Shown here in pieces: positions 9,549-19,143 of a DNA stretch of 64,000 bases. The notes below the pieces were generated by a model, which had not been told where the DNA came from, made no database searches, and was given only the letters and a program-made list of their open reading frames with translations. This DNA is from an uncultured Bdellovibrionales bacterium (lineage in GTDB: Bacteria; Patescibacteriota; Minisyncoccia; Moranbacterales; UBA1568), in the NCBI GenBank assembly GCA_964612055.1, contig CAZTBI010000001.1, positions 71,957 through 135,956 on the forward strand, read 5' to 3'. A program made the translations under genes and the position numbers. Positions within the stretch are counted from its first letter, which is position 1. Each line of letters begins with the position of its first letter.

Positions 9549-9706
9549 AAATTTCTGCATCAGCAAGCAACCTTTCAAAGTACCGCTTGCTTGCCCTGGC
9601 GTGGCAAGCTGCTCTACGCTTCCACCCGCACTCTTTTTCCTTCGGAAAAAACCATGCCCGTTCGGGTTCCAGGGTTACTTTGGAAGATTCTTGCTGAAAG
9701 AAATTT
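9549..9706. repeat. Structured intergenic element, family A copy 1
   Basis: ~30-bp closing stem with three internal hairpins; core nearly identical to 49883-50048. Confidence 0.9.
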
Positions 9707-9738
9707 GGCGTCTCAAGTGAGCTCCTTCGCTCTTTCAT

Positions 9739-12700
9739 TTAAGAAATTCTCTCAACACCATCAATCGTTTTAATCTGAGCAAGGTTGTCTTCGGTGGGGG
9801 CGACAGAAAAAGTGGTCTCGATAGTGGTGCTGGCAAGCTTCACGGAAACTTTCTTGGTGCCTGTTGGGAGAGTTTTGAGGAGCTTCGAGAGAGTCTCGAT
9901 GGTTTTAGTTGGTTCGCTTCCGCCGATAGTGATCATGAGCTTTTCTTTACTTTCTGCAGAAGGAACTGGCTCTGCAGCGCGAGGACGTTCCAGTTTGGTA
10001 CGAGTAGCTTCGGCGCGAGCGAAGTGTTGCAATGTATCAGGTGAGATTTTTTCTACTCCTTCAGCCAGACAACGTAGCTGACCTTCTTTGAAAGAGACTC
10101 GAGCATCGACGATGACGATCTCTCCAGGAATCCAAGAATCACCAGTCCGTTCAGCTGCTTTGCCAAAAACCAGCATCTCGACGCGACCCGTCATATCTTC
10201 GAGACCAACAAAGTACATGTTGCTTCCAGTTTTGGTGAGTACTTTGCGCACGGTCGTGATGACGCCGCCGAGGCGAACCCGAGCACCATCTCCTTGTTTC
10301 TCGAGGCTTCCGAGTGGAGTAGCAGTGCGGTTGAAGTAGGCTTGGTATTCGCTTGTTGGATGGTCGCTGACATAGAGACCGAGGAGTTCTTTTTCCCAAA
10401 CGAGACGGGTTTTCTTGTCAGCTTTAGCGGATGGAGCGAACTTTATCTTGCTGGCGGGCATAGCCATGCTGCCGAAGAGACTATCGGCATGAGTTTCTGA
10501 TATAGTTCTCAAATTTTTACCATGACGCAAGATAGCGTCGAGATTATCGAGGAGCATCTGGCGTTCACCGAAATCCTCCAGAGCACCGACCTTGATCAGG
10601 GCTTCGACGGATTTCCTGTTGAGATCTTTGGTCTGTACGCGTTCCACGAAGTCTTCGAGAGTCACATATTTGCCACCACGTTTCCGCTCGGCGACGATTT
10701 CGTTGGTCACGACGGAACCGACATTCTTTACGGCATTTAGCCCGAAGCGTAACCGTTCCGTCCCGTCATCATCGATGATCACTGAAAATTCCTCGAAACT
10801 TTCATTGACGGAAGGTGGCATGACTTCCAGGCCCATTTCCCGAGCCTCGGTCACTTCGATGGCAATACGATCAATGTTGTCTTGGTCGGACGTCAGGAGG
10901 GCGGCCATGAACTCTGTCGGGTAGTGCGCTTTCAAATAGGCAGTCTGATAACCGATCAAGGCGTAACAGGCAGCATGAGCGCGGTTGAAACCATAACGAG
11001 CGAACGGTTCGATAAAGTCCCAGACCTCTTCAGCCTGCTTCCGGGTGATATCGGGATTGCGGACAGCGCCACTGATAAATTTCTCGCGTTGCTCATCGAG
11101 AAGTTCCTTGATCTTCTTACCCACCGCCTTACGGAGGATGTCGGCCTCGGCATAGGAGAAGCCGGCGAACTTTCGGGCGATTTCGAGTACCTGGTCTTGG
11201 GTGACGATGACACCGTAGGTATTCTGCAAGATCGGCTCGAGGAGTGGATGAAGGTACGTCACCTTCTTCCGCCCGTGCTTGCTTTCGATGAAGTCGGGAA
11301 TAGCATCCATCGGACCAGGACGGTAGAGGGCGACCATCGCCAAGATGTCTTCGAAGACGGTTGGTTTCAACTGTTTCAAATAGCGTTTCATGCCTGAACT
11401 TTCCAACTGGAAGACTCCGGTAGTGTGAGCTTCCTGGAGCAGCTTGTACGAAGCAGTGTCGTCGAGTGGCAGGTGATCGAGAATAGCGGAAACAGCGGTG
11501 TTGTTCGGATCAATGCCAAGTTTTCCACACAGTTCCGGCATTTTCTTCAGGGCCTTGACGATGCGGAGGGTGTTTTGGATGATAGTGAGGTTTTTCAATC
11601 CCAAGAAGTCCATCTTGAGCAATCCAATCTTTTCGACAGCGTTTGATTTGGTTGATGCAGCGTACTGTGTCACGACCCCTTCTCGACTTCCGGAAACGCG
11701 TTGGAGAGGAGTGTATTCGGTGACTGGATCTTTGGTGATGACTACGCCGCAAGCATGCATCGAGGCATGACGGACCAAGCCTTCGAGTTTGAGAGCGGTA
11801 TCGATAAGTTTTTTGGCATCGGCATTTTCGCTGTACCATTGTTTGAATTCCGGTACTTCTTCGAGCGCTTTGGCGATCGAGGTGAACATCGGGATCATCT
11901 TTGATGTTTTGTCGCAGAAGTCGTAAGGGAGTCCGAGGGCGCGGCCGACATCACGCACAGCAGCTCGTGCAGCCATAGTTCCAAAGGTAATGATCTGTGC
12001 CACACGATCATTTCCGTATTTTTCCCGGACATAGTTCAAGACATCATCACGACGGTCATCGGCAAAGTCCATGTCGATATCTGGCATGGAGACACGCTCT
12101 GGGTTCAGGAAGCGTTCAAAAATGAGATTGAATGCTATCGGATCAACGTTGGTGATTCTGGTGAGGTAGGCAACGAACGATCCGGCAGCTGAACCGCGTC
12201 CTGGGCCGACGATGACCCCGTTATCCTTGGCCCAGTTGGTAAAGTCCTGGACGATCAAGAAGTATGAGGCAAAGCCCATCTTCTCGATAACGGAGAGCTC
12301 ATAGTCCATGCGCTCCCGCTCCACGGCTGTGGCCTCACGATCAGGATAGCGTTTTTTGAGACCGATTTCACAGAGTTCGCGCAGGGCGCTATCAGCTGTC
12401 ACGCCGGGAGGCAAGGGAAATTCTGGCAGATGATTTTCTCCCATTTGGATGGTGACGTTGCAGACATCGGCAATCTTCCCAGTATTCGTTATAGCCTCCG
12501 GGATGTCTTTGAAGATCTCAGCCATTTCTTCTCCTGAACGGAGTGAGAGGTCGAACTCTTTCATGCTGAAGCGTTCGTGATCCGTCACCTTCTTGTTGTC
12601 GCGGATACAAAGGAGAATATCTTGGGTTTCGGCGTGCTCTTTTTTGACATAGTGAACGTCGACAGCGGCGACCACGGGGATACCGGTTTCTTGACTGATC

Positions 12701-13275
12701 TGCACCAATCCCTGATTTACCGCAATCTGATTTTCGTTTTCAGTGTGTGGACCGAGTTCGAGGTAAAAATTATCCTTGCCAAAGATGTCCTGATACTCCA
12801 AGGCAATCGCTTTGGCACGTTCGTAGTTACCATAGACGATTTCGCTTGGAATTTCTCCCTGGAGTGACCCAGAAAGGGCGATCAGTCCGTCGTGGTATTG
12901 GCGCAGAAGTTTTTTGTCGGCTCGAGCCTTGTAGTAGAAGCCGTCGAGCTGAGCGACAGAGATGATCTTCATCAGGTTTTTGTAACCCCGATCATTTTTG
13001 GCGAGGAGCACGAGTTGGGTGCGTCTGCGATCTTCGCTGGTATTGTTCTTGCTGTAGAGGTCTTTGCAGACGTAGATTTCGGTTCCGATGATTGCTTTGA
13101 TACCGTATTCTTTGGCTTTGCTATAGAACTCCACGGCACCGTACATGGCGGAAGTGTCGGTCAGCGCGATGGACGTCATCCCGTACTCTTTGGCCTGCGC
13201 CAAGAGTTCCTCGATTTTCGGGAGAGCAGTGAGGAGGCTGTAGTGGGAGTGAACGTGGAGGTGAGTGAACGGCAT
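9739..13275 (-). CDS. dnaE: DNA polymerase III alpha subunit
   Basis: PHP domain HLHVHSHYS, GRGSAAGS, FERFLNPERVSMPDIDMD, C-terminal OB fold. Confidence 0.99.
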   Translation of the reverse strand: MPFTHLHVHSHYSLLTALPKIEELLAQAKEYGMTSIALTDTSAMYGAVEFYSKAKEYGIKAIIGTEIYVCKDLYSKNNTSEDRRRTQLVLLAKNDRGYKNLMKIISVAQLDGFYYKARADKKLLRQYHDGLIALSGSLQGEIPSEIVYGNYERAKAIALEYQDIFGKDNFYLELGPHTENENQIAVNQGLVQISQETGIPVVAAVDVHYVKKEHAETQDILLCIRDNKKVTDHERFSMKEFDLSLRSGEEMAEIFKDIPEAITNTGKIADVCNVTIQMGENHLPEFPLPPGVTADSALRELCEIGLKKRYPDREATAVERERMDYELSVIEKMGFASYFLIVQDFTNWAKDNGVIVGPGRGSAAGSFVAYLTRITNVDPIAFNLIFERFLNPERVSMPDIDMDFADDRRDDVLNYVREKYGNDRVAQIITFGTMAARAAVRDVGRALGLPYDFCDKTSKMIPMFTSIAKALEEVPEFKQWYSENADAKKLIDTALKLEGLVRHASMHACGVVITKDPVTEYTPLQRVSGSREGVVTQYAASTKSNAVEKIGLLKMDFLGLKNLTIIQNTLRIVKALKKMPELCGKLGIDPNNTAVSAILDHLPLDDTASYKLLQEAHTTGVFQLESSGMKRYLKQLKPTVFEDILAMVALYRPGPMDAIPDFIESKHGRKKVTYLHPLLEPILQNTYGVIVTQDQVLEIARKFAGFSYAEADILRKAVGKKIKELLDEQREKFISGAVRNPDITRKQAEEVWDFIEPFARYGFNRAHAACYALIGYQTAYLKAHYPTEFMAALLTSDQDNIDRIAIEVTEAREMGLEVMPPSVNESFEEFSVIIDDDGTERLRFGLNAVKNVGSVVTNEIVAERKRGGKYVTLEDFVERVQTKDLNRKSVEALIKVGALEDFGERQMLLDNLDAILRHGKNLRTISETHADSLFGSMAMPASKIKFAPSAKADKKTRLVWEKELLGLYVSDHPTSEYQAYFNRTATPLGSLEKQGDGARVRLGGVITTVRKVLTKTGSNMYFVGLEDMTGRVEMLVFGKAAERTGDSWIPGEIVIVDARVSFKEGQLRCLAEGVEKISPDTLQHFARAEATRTKLERPRAAEPVPSAESKEKLMITIGGSEPTKTIETLSKLLKTLPTGTKKVSVKLASTTIETTFSVAPTEDNLAQIKTIDGVERIS

Positions 13276-13425
13276 AATTCAGAAATCAAGCAAACAAAAA
13301 ACCAGACTTATAAAAGCTGGAGGTGCGAAGGGTGTAGTTTTTCATAGCGTTGTATTCCCTCATAGCCCAGGATATACCATTGGGTTCTGCAGAGAAGTTA
13401 TCTGTGCATAGTATATAATGAAGCT

Positions 13426-14130
13426 ATGCAAACGACAACCTTTGAAAAAGAGCGGGAAATTATCTCAAGAGGAGAGGTTTTTGTTGTTGGGGTAGATGAG
13501 GCGGGACGAGGGCCTTTGTGCGGGCCAGTGGTCGCAGCGGCAGTGTATTATAAGCGTCCGGACTTTATCATTCCTCCGGAACTTGAAAAAGACTTTACTC
13601 TGATTCGTGATTCGAAGAAGCTTTCTGAAAAGCAACGAGAAAAAATATTTTCTCTAATCCAAGAACACTTTCATGTCGGGGTTGGTATTGTGAATGCCGA
13701 AACCATTGATCGGGTGAATATTTTGCAGGCAACATTTCTGGCTATGAAGACGGCTCTATCTGATTTATTGCGTTCTATACCGGAAGCACGCGGGAAAGAA
13801 TATCTTTTAGTTGATGGGAATCAGCTTCTCCCGAGTTTCTCTGGGGCGCAGGAAGCGGTAGTATCGGGTGACAGTACGGTGAAGTCTATTGCGGCTGCGT
13901 CGATCATAGCCAAGGTGACGCGAGACCGGTTGATTACGGAATATGACCAGGAGTATCCGCAGTATGGCTTTGCTCGACATAAGGGCTACGGCACCAAGGA
14001 GCATATGGATTCGCTTCGCAAGTATGGCCCGAGTCCAATCCATCGTATGTCTTTTAAACCGGTACTTCTTTCTATTCCCGAGAATGCCAACAAGCGGTTC
14101 TCAAGTGTCTTGAAACCGAAGAAGAAGTAA
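13426..14130 (+). CDS. rnhB: Ribonuclease HII
   Basis: GVDEAGRGP, DSKKL, SIAAASIIAKV.RD, HKGYGT. Confidence 0.98.
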   Translation: MQTTTFEKEREIISRGEVFVVGVDEAGRGPLCGPVVAAAVYYKRPDFIIPPELEKDFTLIRDSKKLSEKQREKIFSLIQEHFHVGVGIVNAETIDRVNILQATFLAMKTALSDLLRSIPEARGKEYLLVDGNQLLPSFSGAQEAVVSGDSTVKSIAAASIIAKVTRDRLITEYDQEYPQYGFARHKGYGTKEHMDSLRKYGPSPIHRMSFKPVLLSIPENANKRFSSVLKPKKK

Positions 14131-14133
14131 GAA

Positions 14134-14271
14134 CTCCGTGTTCCCAGAAATTCCCTTGTGCCACAAAAACACCAGCATGTTTTTGTTACTCTTCACCGAA
14201 ACTTTTCAGAAGACTGAAAAGACCATGCTTTCGGCTCCAGGCGTGCCCAAGGGAACTCCGGGAACACGGAG
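14134..14271. repeat. Structured intergenic element, family A diverged copy 3
   Basis: CTCCGTGTTCCC/GGGAACACGGAG closing stem; same order hairpin-TACTCTTCACC-hairpin-ACCATG-hairpin-TCCAGG as copies 1 and 2. Confidence 0.75.
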
Positions 14272-14286
14272 CGCAGAGCCTGAGTC

Positions 14287-14315
14287 TTGCCAAAAGGGAA
14301 ATCCCGTGTTACATT
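14287..14315 (+). promoter_or_regulatory. sigma70-type promoter for rpmF
   Basis: TTGCCA-17 nt-TACATT. Confidence 0.55.
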
Positions 14316-14352
14316 GAGAGCAACGTAAATTTTCAGAGGAACCGTTACTGTT

Positions 14353-14559
14353 ATGGCTCTACCAAAGCAAAGACATACAAGGCATCGTCGTGATCGTGCT
14401 CGTAAGCAGTACGATGTAAAGTTGGTGAATACCAAAGAGTGTCCGAAGTGTAAGGCTCCTGTTTTGGGACACCGTGCATGCCCAGCTTGTGGTTTTTACA
14501 AAGGAAAAGAAGTGGTCAAAATGGCTCCGAAACTGGAAACATCCAAAAAGTCTGCCTAG
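14353..14559 (+). CDS. rpmF: 50S ribosomal protein L32 (Zn-ribbon type)
   Basis: MALPKQRH..RRDR, CPKC...HRACPACGFY. Confidence 0.96.
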   Translation: MALPKQRHTRHRRDRARKQYDVKLVNTKECPKCKAPVLGHRACPACGFYKGKEVVKMAPKLETSKKSA

Positions 14560-14666
14560 AAACCCCTCGATCCCTGCCCGCCTCTGGAGGGTTTGCTCAA
14601 TTATGTTTATAATAGAGCTATACAGAGTAGGGTAGTAATTTTTGGGTTTCTAGCAGCAAAACAAAA

Positions 14667-15242
14667 ATGGCAAACCGGCATCTTCAAAGATCAGTAGCAA
14701 TGCAGTCACTCTTCGAGTGGGATTTTTTGGGCAAGCAAGATGATCATGCGCGTGATATCTTGAAGCACAATATTGCTGAATTCGCTCCGGGTCTTGAAGA
14801 CACTATTTTTGCTGAGCACCTGATGGAAGGGACGCTTCGTGAGCGTGCTACGATCGATAAGCTTATTGAAAAGTGTGCTCCAGAATGGCCACTTGAGCAG
14901 GTAACAGTCGTGGATAGAAATGTCTTGCGTCTTGGTATCTACGAGCTCATGTTTGGGAACTATGAGGAAGTGCCGCCGAAAGTAGCGATCAACGAGGCCA
15001 TCGAACTGGCCAAGACCTTTGGGAGCGATGCTAGTCCGCGTTTTGTGAATGGAGTTTTGGGAACGATTTATCGTGAGATGGGCGAGCCGATGAAGGATGA
15101 TGTTTCCCAGAATCACAAGCATGGAGAAGGAGCTCATCCGAAAGAAGAAACTGTCTCTCCAGATGATGAAAAGAAAATAAAGAAGCCTGCCAAGACTGCT
15201 CCGAAAGGAAAGTCCGCTGTTTCCCATAAGAAAGAGAAGTAG
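14667..15242 (+). CDS. nusB: Transcription antitermination factor NusB
   Basis: [30 protein letters not shown]. Confidence 0.96.
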   Translation: MANRHLQRSVAMQSLFEWDFLGKQDDHARDILKHNIAEFAPGLEDTIFAEHLMEGTLRERATIDKLIEKCAPEWPLEQVTVVDRNVLRLGIYELMFGNYEEVPPKVAINEAIELAKTFGSDASPRFVNGVLGTIYREMGEPMKDDVSQNHKHGEGAHPKEETVSPDDEKKIKKPAKTAPKGKSAVSHKKEK

Positions 15243-15288
15243 GCGCTCATGTTGGCGCCTTTTTCATAAGAACAATGACTGAAAAGGT

Positions 15289-15987
15289 ATGAATAGAGAG
15301 ATTGATATCGAAAAACTGAAGAAAGATTTGGGGATTGAAGTGCGTCAGATTGCTTTGTTTCAAGAAGCGTTGACTCACCGTTCCTACCTCAATGAACACA
15401 AGGGGTACCAGTATCCTCACAATGAACGCCTGGAATTTTTGGGTGATGCGGTATTGGAATTGGTGGTGACAGAAAATTTGTTTCACAATTACGAGAATCC
15501 GGAAGGGGAGCTCACGAGTTTTCGAGCCGCCTTGGTTAATGGCGATATGCTGGCCAAGATCGGTCGTGATTTGGGGATGCAAGATTTCCTGCTTATGAGT
15601 CGGGGAGAGGCCAAGGATACCGGTCGGGCTCGGGGGTATTTGGTGGCTAACGCGGTAGAAGCGATCATCGGAGCACTCTACCTTGATCAGGGCTACGATG
15701 CAGCCAAAGACTTTATTTTAAAATACGTCATGAGTCATTTGCCGGAGGTCTTTGAACAGGGACTTCATACGGATGCCAAAAGTCGTTTTCAGGAGTTGGC
15801 TCAGGAAAAAATGGGCATTACTCCGGGGTATCGAGTCATCAAGGAGTGGGGACCGGATCACGACCGACATTTCATTGCCGGAGTTTATTTGGGCGAAGAG
15901 AAGATCGCCGAAGGAGAGGGCGCTTCCAAGCAGGAATCACAACGCGAAGCCGCTAAACAAGCTCTTATCGCCAAAGGCTGGCAGTAA
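15289..15987 (+). CDS. rnc: Ribonuclease III
   Basis: ALTHRSY, NERLEFLGDAVL, C-terminal dsRBD. Confidence 0.98.
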   Translation: MNREIDIEKLKKDLGIEVRQIALFQEALTHRSYLNEHKGYQYPHNERLEFLGDAVLELVVTENLFHNYENPEGELTSFRAALVNGDMLAKIGRDLGMQDFLLMSRGEAKDTGRARGYLVANAVEAIIGALYLDQGYDAAKDFILKYVMSHLPEVFEQGLHTDAKSRFQELAQEKMGITPGYRVIKEWGPDHDRHFIAGVYLGEEKIAEGEGASKQESQREAAKQALIAKGWQ

Positions 15988-16109
15988 ATCGCTTGCGGTT
16001 TCTAGCTTTCAGGAAAGTCTCGAAAGAGACTTTTTTCTTTTGGTTGAAAATGCTTTATAATGAAGAAAAGTCGTTCTGGCTTTTCTTTTTGAATTTTACT
16101 TCACCTTCC

Positions 16110-18401
16110 GTGTATCTCAAGAAACTCGAAATTAGTGGCTTTAAGTCTTTTGCCAATAAGACGACTTTGGATTTTCTGCCGGAATGCAATATTGCCGAAG
16201 GAGGCAAGTGCGGTATTACGGCGATTGTGGGGCCCAATGGCTCTGGAAAGTCCAACGTGGCTGATGCTATTCGGTGGGCTATTGGTGAGCAGTCATCGAA
16301 AAACTTGCGTGGTAAGAAATCGGAAGACGTTATCTTTGCCGGGACAGATAAGAAAACGCGCCTCGGAGCCGCTTCGGTGACGCTCTATTTTGATAACTCT
16401 GACAAGCGTATCCCAATTGAGTTTGCGGAGGTTTCGATCACACGCAAGATTTATCGGAGCGGTGAAAGCGAATACCTGATCAACGGTTCACGAGTCCGTC
16501 TCATGGACATCGTGGATTTATTGGCCAAAGCCGGTATCGGCAAGGACAGCTACTGTGTTATCACTCAGGGTATGTCTGATGCCGTGCTCAATGCGACGCC
16601 GATTGAGCGGCGTGCTATTTTCGAGGACGCAGCCGGCGTGAAGCAATACCAGATTGAAAAAGAGCGAGCCCTGCGGAAACTGGAAAGTACTCGGGAAAAT
16701 CTGGTGCGTGTCGATGCGCTGACCACGGAGATCGAGCCGCATCTGAAGAATCTCCGTCGTCAGGCAGAAAAGGCATCCCAAGGAAAGGATATTGCCCTCA
16801 AATTACGAGAGAAACAAGTGCTTCTCTATAGTTACCTCTGGGATAACTTTCAGGGAGAGCGAGGGAAGCTCGCGGGAGAGCGTGATGTTTTGCAAAAGTC
16901 AGTTTTTGATATCGAAGTCGAAACCAATACGCTCCAGCGGGAAGTGACGGAAGCTTCGGCGACCATGGAAGATCAGAGCAAGGAAGAGAATATCAATACC
17001 GAATTATCAAAATTGCGTGAGGAGGCGAATACGCTCCTGCGTGATCGCAGTGTCGTCGAAGGAAAAATTGAGATCGAAAAGGAGAAACAAAAGGAACAGG
17101 AAGTTATCCGGGTGATACCGGTCGATTTGAACTATGTCCGCAAAGCGCTTGATGAAATTCGGACCCATCAAGCTGAATTGATCGATCGTATCCAGCATGT
17201 TGAAAAACTAGAAGATCTGCAGGATATCCGGGAATTTGCTCAGGTGATTAAGCAGAAACTCCATGACCTGGACCAGAAGGCTGGCGAGGGCAGTGTCAAA
17301 GAAAAGAAGGTGATTGCTCTGCCAGATGATGAAAAGAAAGCGAGTGACGAACGTTTGGCTCAGTATGAAGCAGAAAAGAAGATGCTTAATACCAAACTCG
17401 AGCAGGCACAGAAACTCTTGTCTCAGAAGGAGAGTGAATTGCAGATGATTCGAGAAGTCAGTCGTACGAGTCGAGAGACCTTCTTTACGAAAGAAAAATT
17501 GTGGCGTGAAAAGGAAAGACAGTTGACGCTGCTCAAGGATCAGCTGAATGAGGTGAAGGTGCGTTTGGCGCGTGTCGAAGTACGCGAAGAGGATCTGGTG
17601 ACATTAGTACGCGAAGAGCTTTCCGTGAAGCCCGATGATTTGAAATACGACGGTACAGCCGTGGAACGCGAAAAACTAGAACGTGAAATTGCCCGGCTCA
17701 AGGTGGAGGTGGAGCATATTGGCACTATCGATCCATTAGTAGTGGAAGAATACCAAGAAACAGAAGAGCGTTTCCAATTTTTGACTCGTGAATCAGCTGA
17801 TTTGAAACAGGCGAGTGAGTCATTACGGGTGGTGGTGAAAGAAATGGATCAAAAGATCGATAGCGTGTTCCAGGACGCCTTCAAAGAAATTCGGAAGAAA
17901 TTTGAAGCCTACTTCAAGATTATTTTTGCTGGTGGCAAGGCGGAACTTGATATCGTGAAAATAAAGCGGCGCAAAAGTGCGGAAGAAGATGGTGAAGAAG
18001 TGGAATCAGAAGAAGAGTCTGAAGAAGATGATCAGTTTGGTATTGAGATTTTTGCCTGTCCTCCTGGGAAGAAAATTACCAACCTTTCGATGTTGTCTGG
18101 CGGAGAGCGCTCTCTAACGTCACTGGCTCTTCTCTTTGCTATTATTTCCCACAATCCGCCACCGTTTGCCGTGCTTGATGAAGTGGAGGCGGCTCTCGAC
18201 GAGGCGAATTCCCGACGTTTTTCCAAGATGCTTCAAGAGCTCTCTGATCACACTCAGTTTATTGCGATTACTCATAACCGTGAGACTATGGCTCAAGCCG
18301 GGCTGCTCTACGGTGTCACTATGGGTGCCGATGGTGTTTCCCAGCTTCTCTCAATCCGTCTCGATCAAATAGGGGAGGGCGGGAAACTGGCAGTAAAGTA
18401 A
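16110..18401 (+). CDS. smc: Short SMC-family ATPase (about 763 aa) with no recognisable hinge domain
   Basis: GFKSF, GPNGSGKSN, LSGGE, LDEVEAALD, ITHN; GTG start at 16110. Confidence 0.9.
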   Translation: MYLKKLEISGFKSFANKTTLDFLPECNIAEGGKCGITAIVGPNGSGKSNVADAIRWAIGEQSSKNLRGKKSEDVIFAGTDKKTRLGAASVTLYFDNSDKRIPIEFAEVSITRKIYRSGESEYLINGSRVRLMDIVDLLAKAGIGKDSYCVITQGMSDAVLNATPIERRAIFEDAAGVKQYQIEKERALRKLESTRENLVRVDALTTEIEPHLKNLRRQAEKASQGKDIALKLREKQVLLYSYLWDNFQGERGKLAGERDVLQKSVFDIEVETNTLQREVTEASATMEDQSKEENINTELSKLREEANTLLRDRSVVEGKIEIEKEKQKEQEVIRVIPVDLNYVRKALDEIRTHQAELIDRIQHVEKLEDLQDIREFAQVIKQKLHDLDQKAGEGSVKEKKVIALPDDEKKASDERLAQYEAEKKMLNTKLEQAQKLLSQKESELQMIREVSRTSRETFFTKEKLWREKERQLTLLKDQLNEVKVRLARVEVREEDLVTLVREELSVKPDDLKYDGTAVEREKLEREIARLKVEVEHIGTIDPLVVEEYQETEERFQFLTRESADLKQASESLRVVVKEMDQKIDSVFQDAFKEIRKKFEAYFKIIFAGGKAELDIVKIKRRKSAEEDGEEVESEEESEEDDQFGIEIFACPPGKKITNLSMLSGGERSLTSLALLFAIISHNPPPFAVLDEVEAALDEANSRRFSKMLQELSDHTQFIAITHNRETMAQAGLLYGVTMGADGVSQLLSIRLDQIGEGGKLAVK

Positions 18402-18415
18402 AAAGCACCCTTTTG

Positions 18416-18444
18416 TTGACAGAGATCGAGAAATGGGCTAGAAT
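18416..18444 (+). promoter_or_regulatory. sigma70-type promoter for rpsP
   Basis: TTGACA-17 nt-TAGAAT. Confidence 0.75.
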
Positions 18445-18501
18445 GGGCTTTGTACCCTCCACAGGCGGGTAAATATCTCTAAAATCTTGTAGTTATCTGA
18501 T

Positions 18502-18954
18502 ATGTTGGCTATCCGTCTCAACCGTACAGGCAAAAGAAACCGCGCTCATTTCCGAGTGGTGGTGCAAGAACATACCAAGGCTCCTGGAAAGCGTCATGTG
18601 GAGATCGTAGGAAGCTATGATCCACACAAGAAAACCACGATCCTCAACAAAGATCGTATTTTGTACTGGGTTTCTCAGGGCGCTCAGGTTTCTGATGCTG
18701 TGCATAATATGCTCGTTCGTGAAGGTATCGTTGAGGCTAAGAAGATTGCCAAGAAAATGCCTCGTCCAGTAGTGAAGGAAGCTCCAGTTGCTGAGGTTGC
18801 GCCAGCTGAAGAAGTAAAGGCTGAAGAGGTTCCTGTCGCCGAGACCGCGTCAGTAGTTGAGGCTGCTCCCGTCGCCGAGGCTACGCCTGCCGAAGCAGAA
18901 GTGACTCCAGTAGCTGAAGAGCCTGCTGCTCCTGAAACAGAACCAAAGGCCTAA
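18502..18954 (+). CDS. rpsP: 30S ribosomal protein S16 with long Ala/Glu/Pro-rich tail
   Basis: MLAIRL.RTGK, EIVGSYDP, WVSQGAQVS. Confidence 0.96.
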   Translation: MLAIRLNRTGKRNRAHFRVVVQEHTKAPGKRHVEIVGSYDPHKKTTILNKDRILYWVSQGAQVSDAVHNMLVREGIVEAKKIAKKMPRPVVKEAPVAEVAPAEEVKAEEVPVAETASVVEAAPVAEATPAEAEVTPVAEEPAAPETEPKA

Positions 18955-18999
18955 GGCTTGACGATAAGTAAGAAAGAGCGTACCCTAGGTATACAACCA

Positions 19000-19132
19000 A
19001 ATACTCCGTAGACATGAGGCAGCGCCTAAGCGCAGAAGTCCCTCACGAGGAAACACTCTCGATGACAGTCGAAAAGATAGCGTCAAGAGTAAGATTCTTC
19101 GAAGTCTGCGGTCATACCGCAGATTTTTGTTT
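19000..19132 (+). promoter_or_regulatory. L10 leader (rplJ autoregulatory RNA) with attenuator-like hairpin
   Basis: CCGTAGAC.TGAGG...TAA...CCTCACGAGG core followed by GTCTGCGG-tcata-CCGCAGAT-TTTT; promoter TTGACG-17-TACCCT at 18958-18986. Confidence 0.75.
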
Positions 19133-19143
19133 TAGAAAAAATT

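Noticed and set aside
9435-9773. ORFs 9435-9773/9439-9738 and 49754-50296/49945-50499 sharing peptides such as STACLP.RGKLLYASTRTLF
   Set aside because: The similarity comes from the family A DNA repeat. Frames are open on both strands, overlap real genes and lack sensible starts.
9739-13275. Intein or mosaic segment in dnaE
   Set aside because: Length is normal and no intein motifs are present; the GC-richer patches could not be quantified by eye.
18740-18954. Low-complexity Ala/Glu/Pro tail of S16 as a repeat element
   Set aside because: Disordered S16 extensions are common in several phyla and there is no exact DNA repeat unit.
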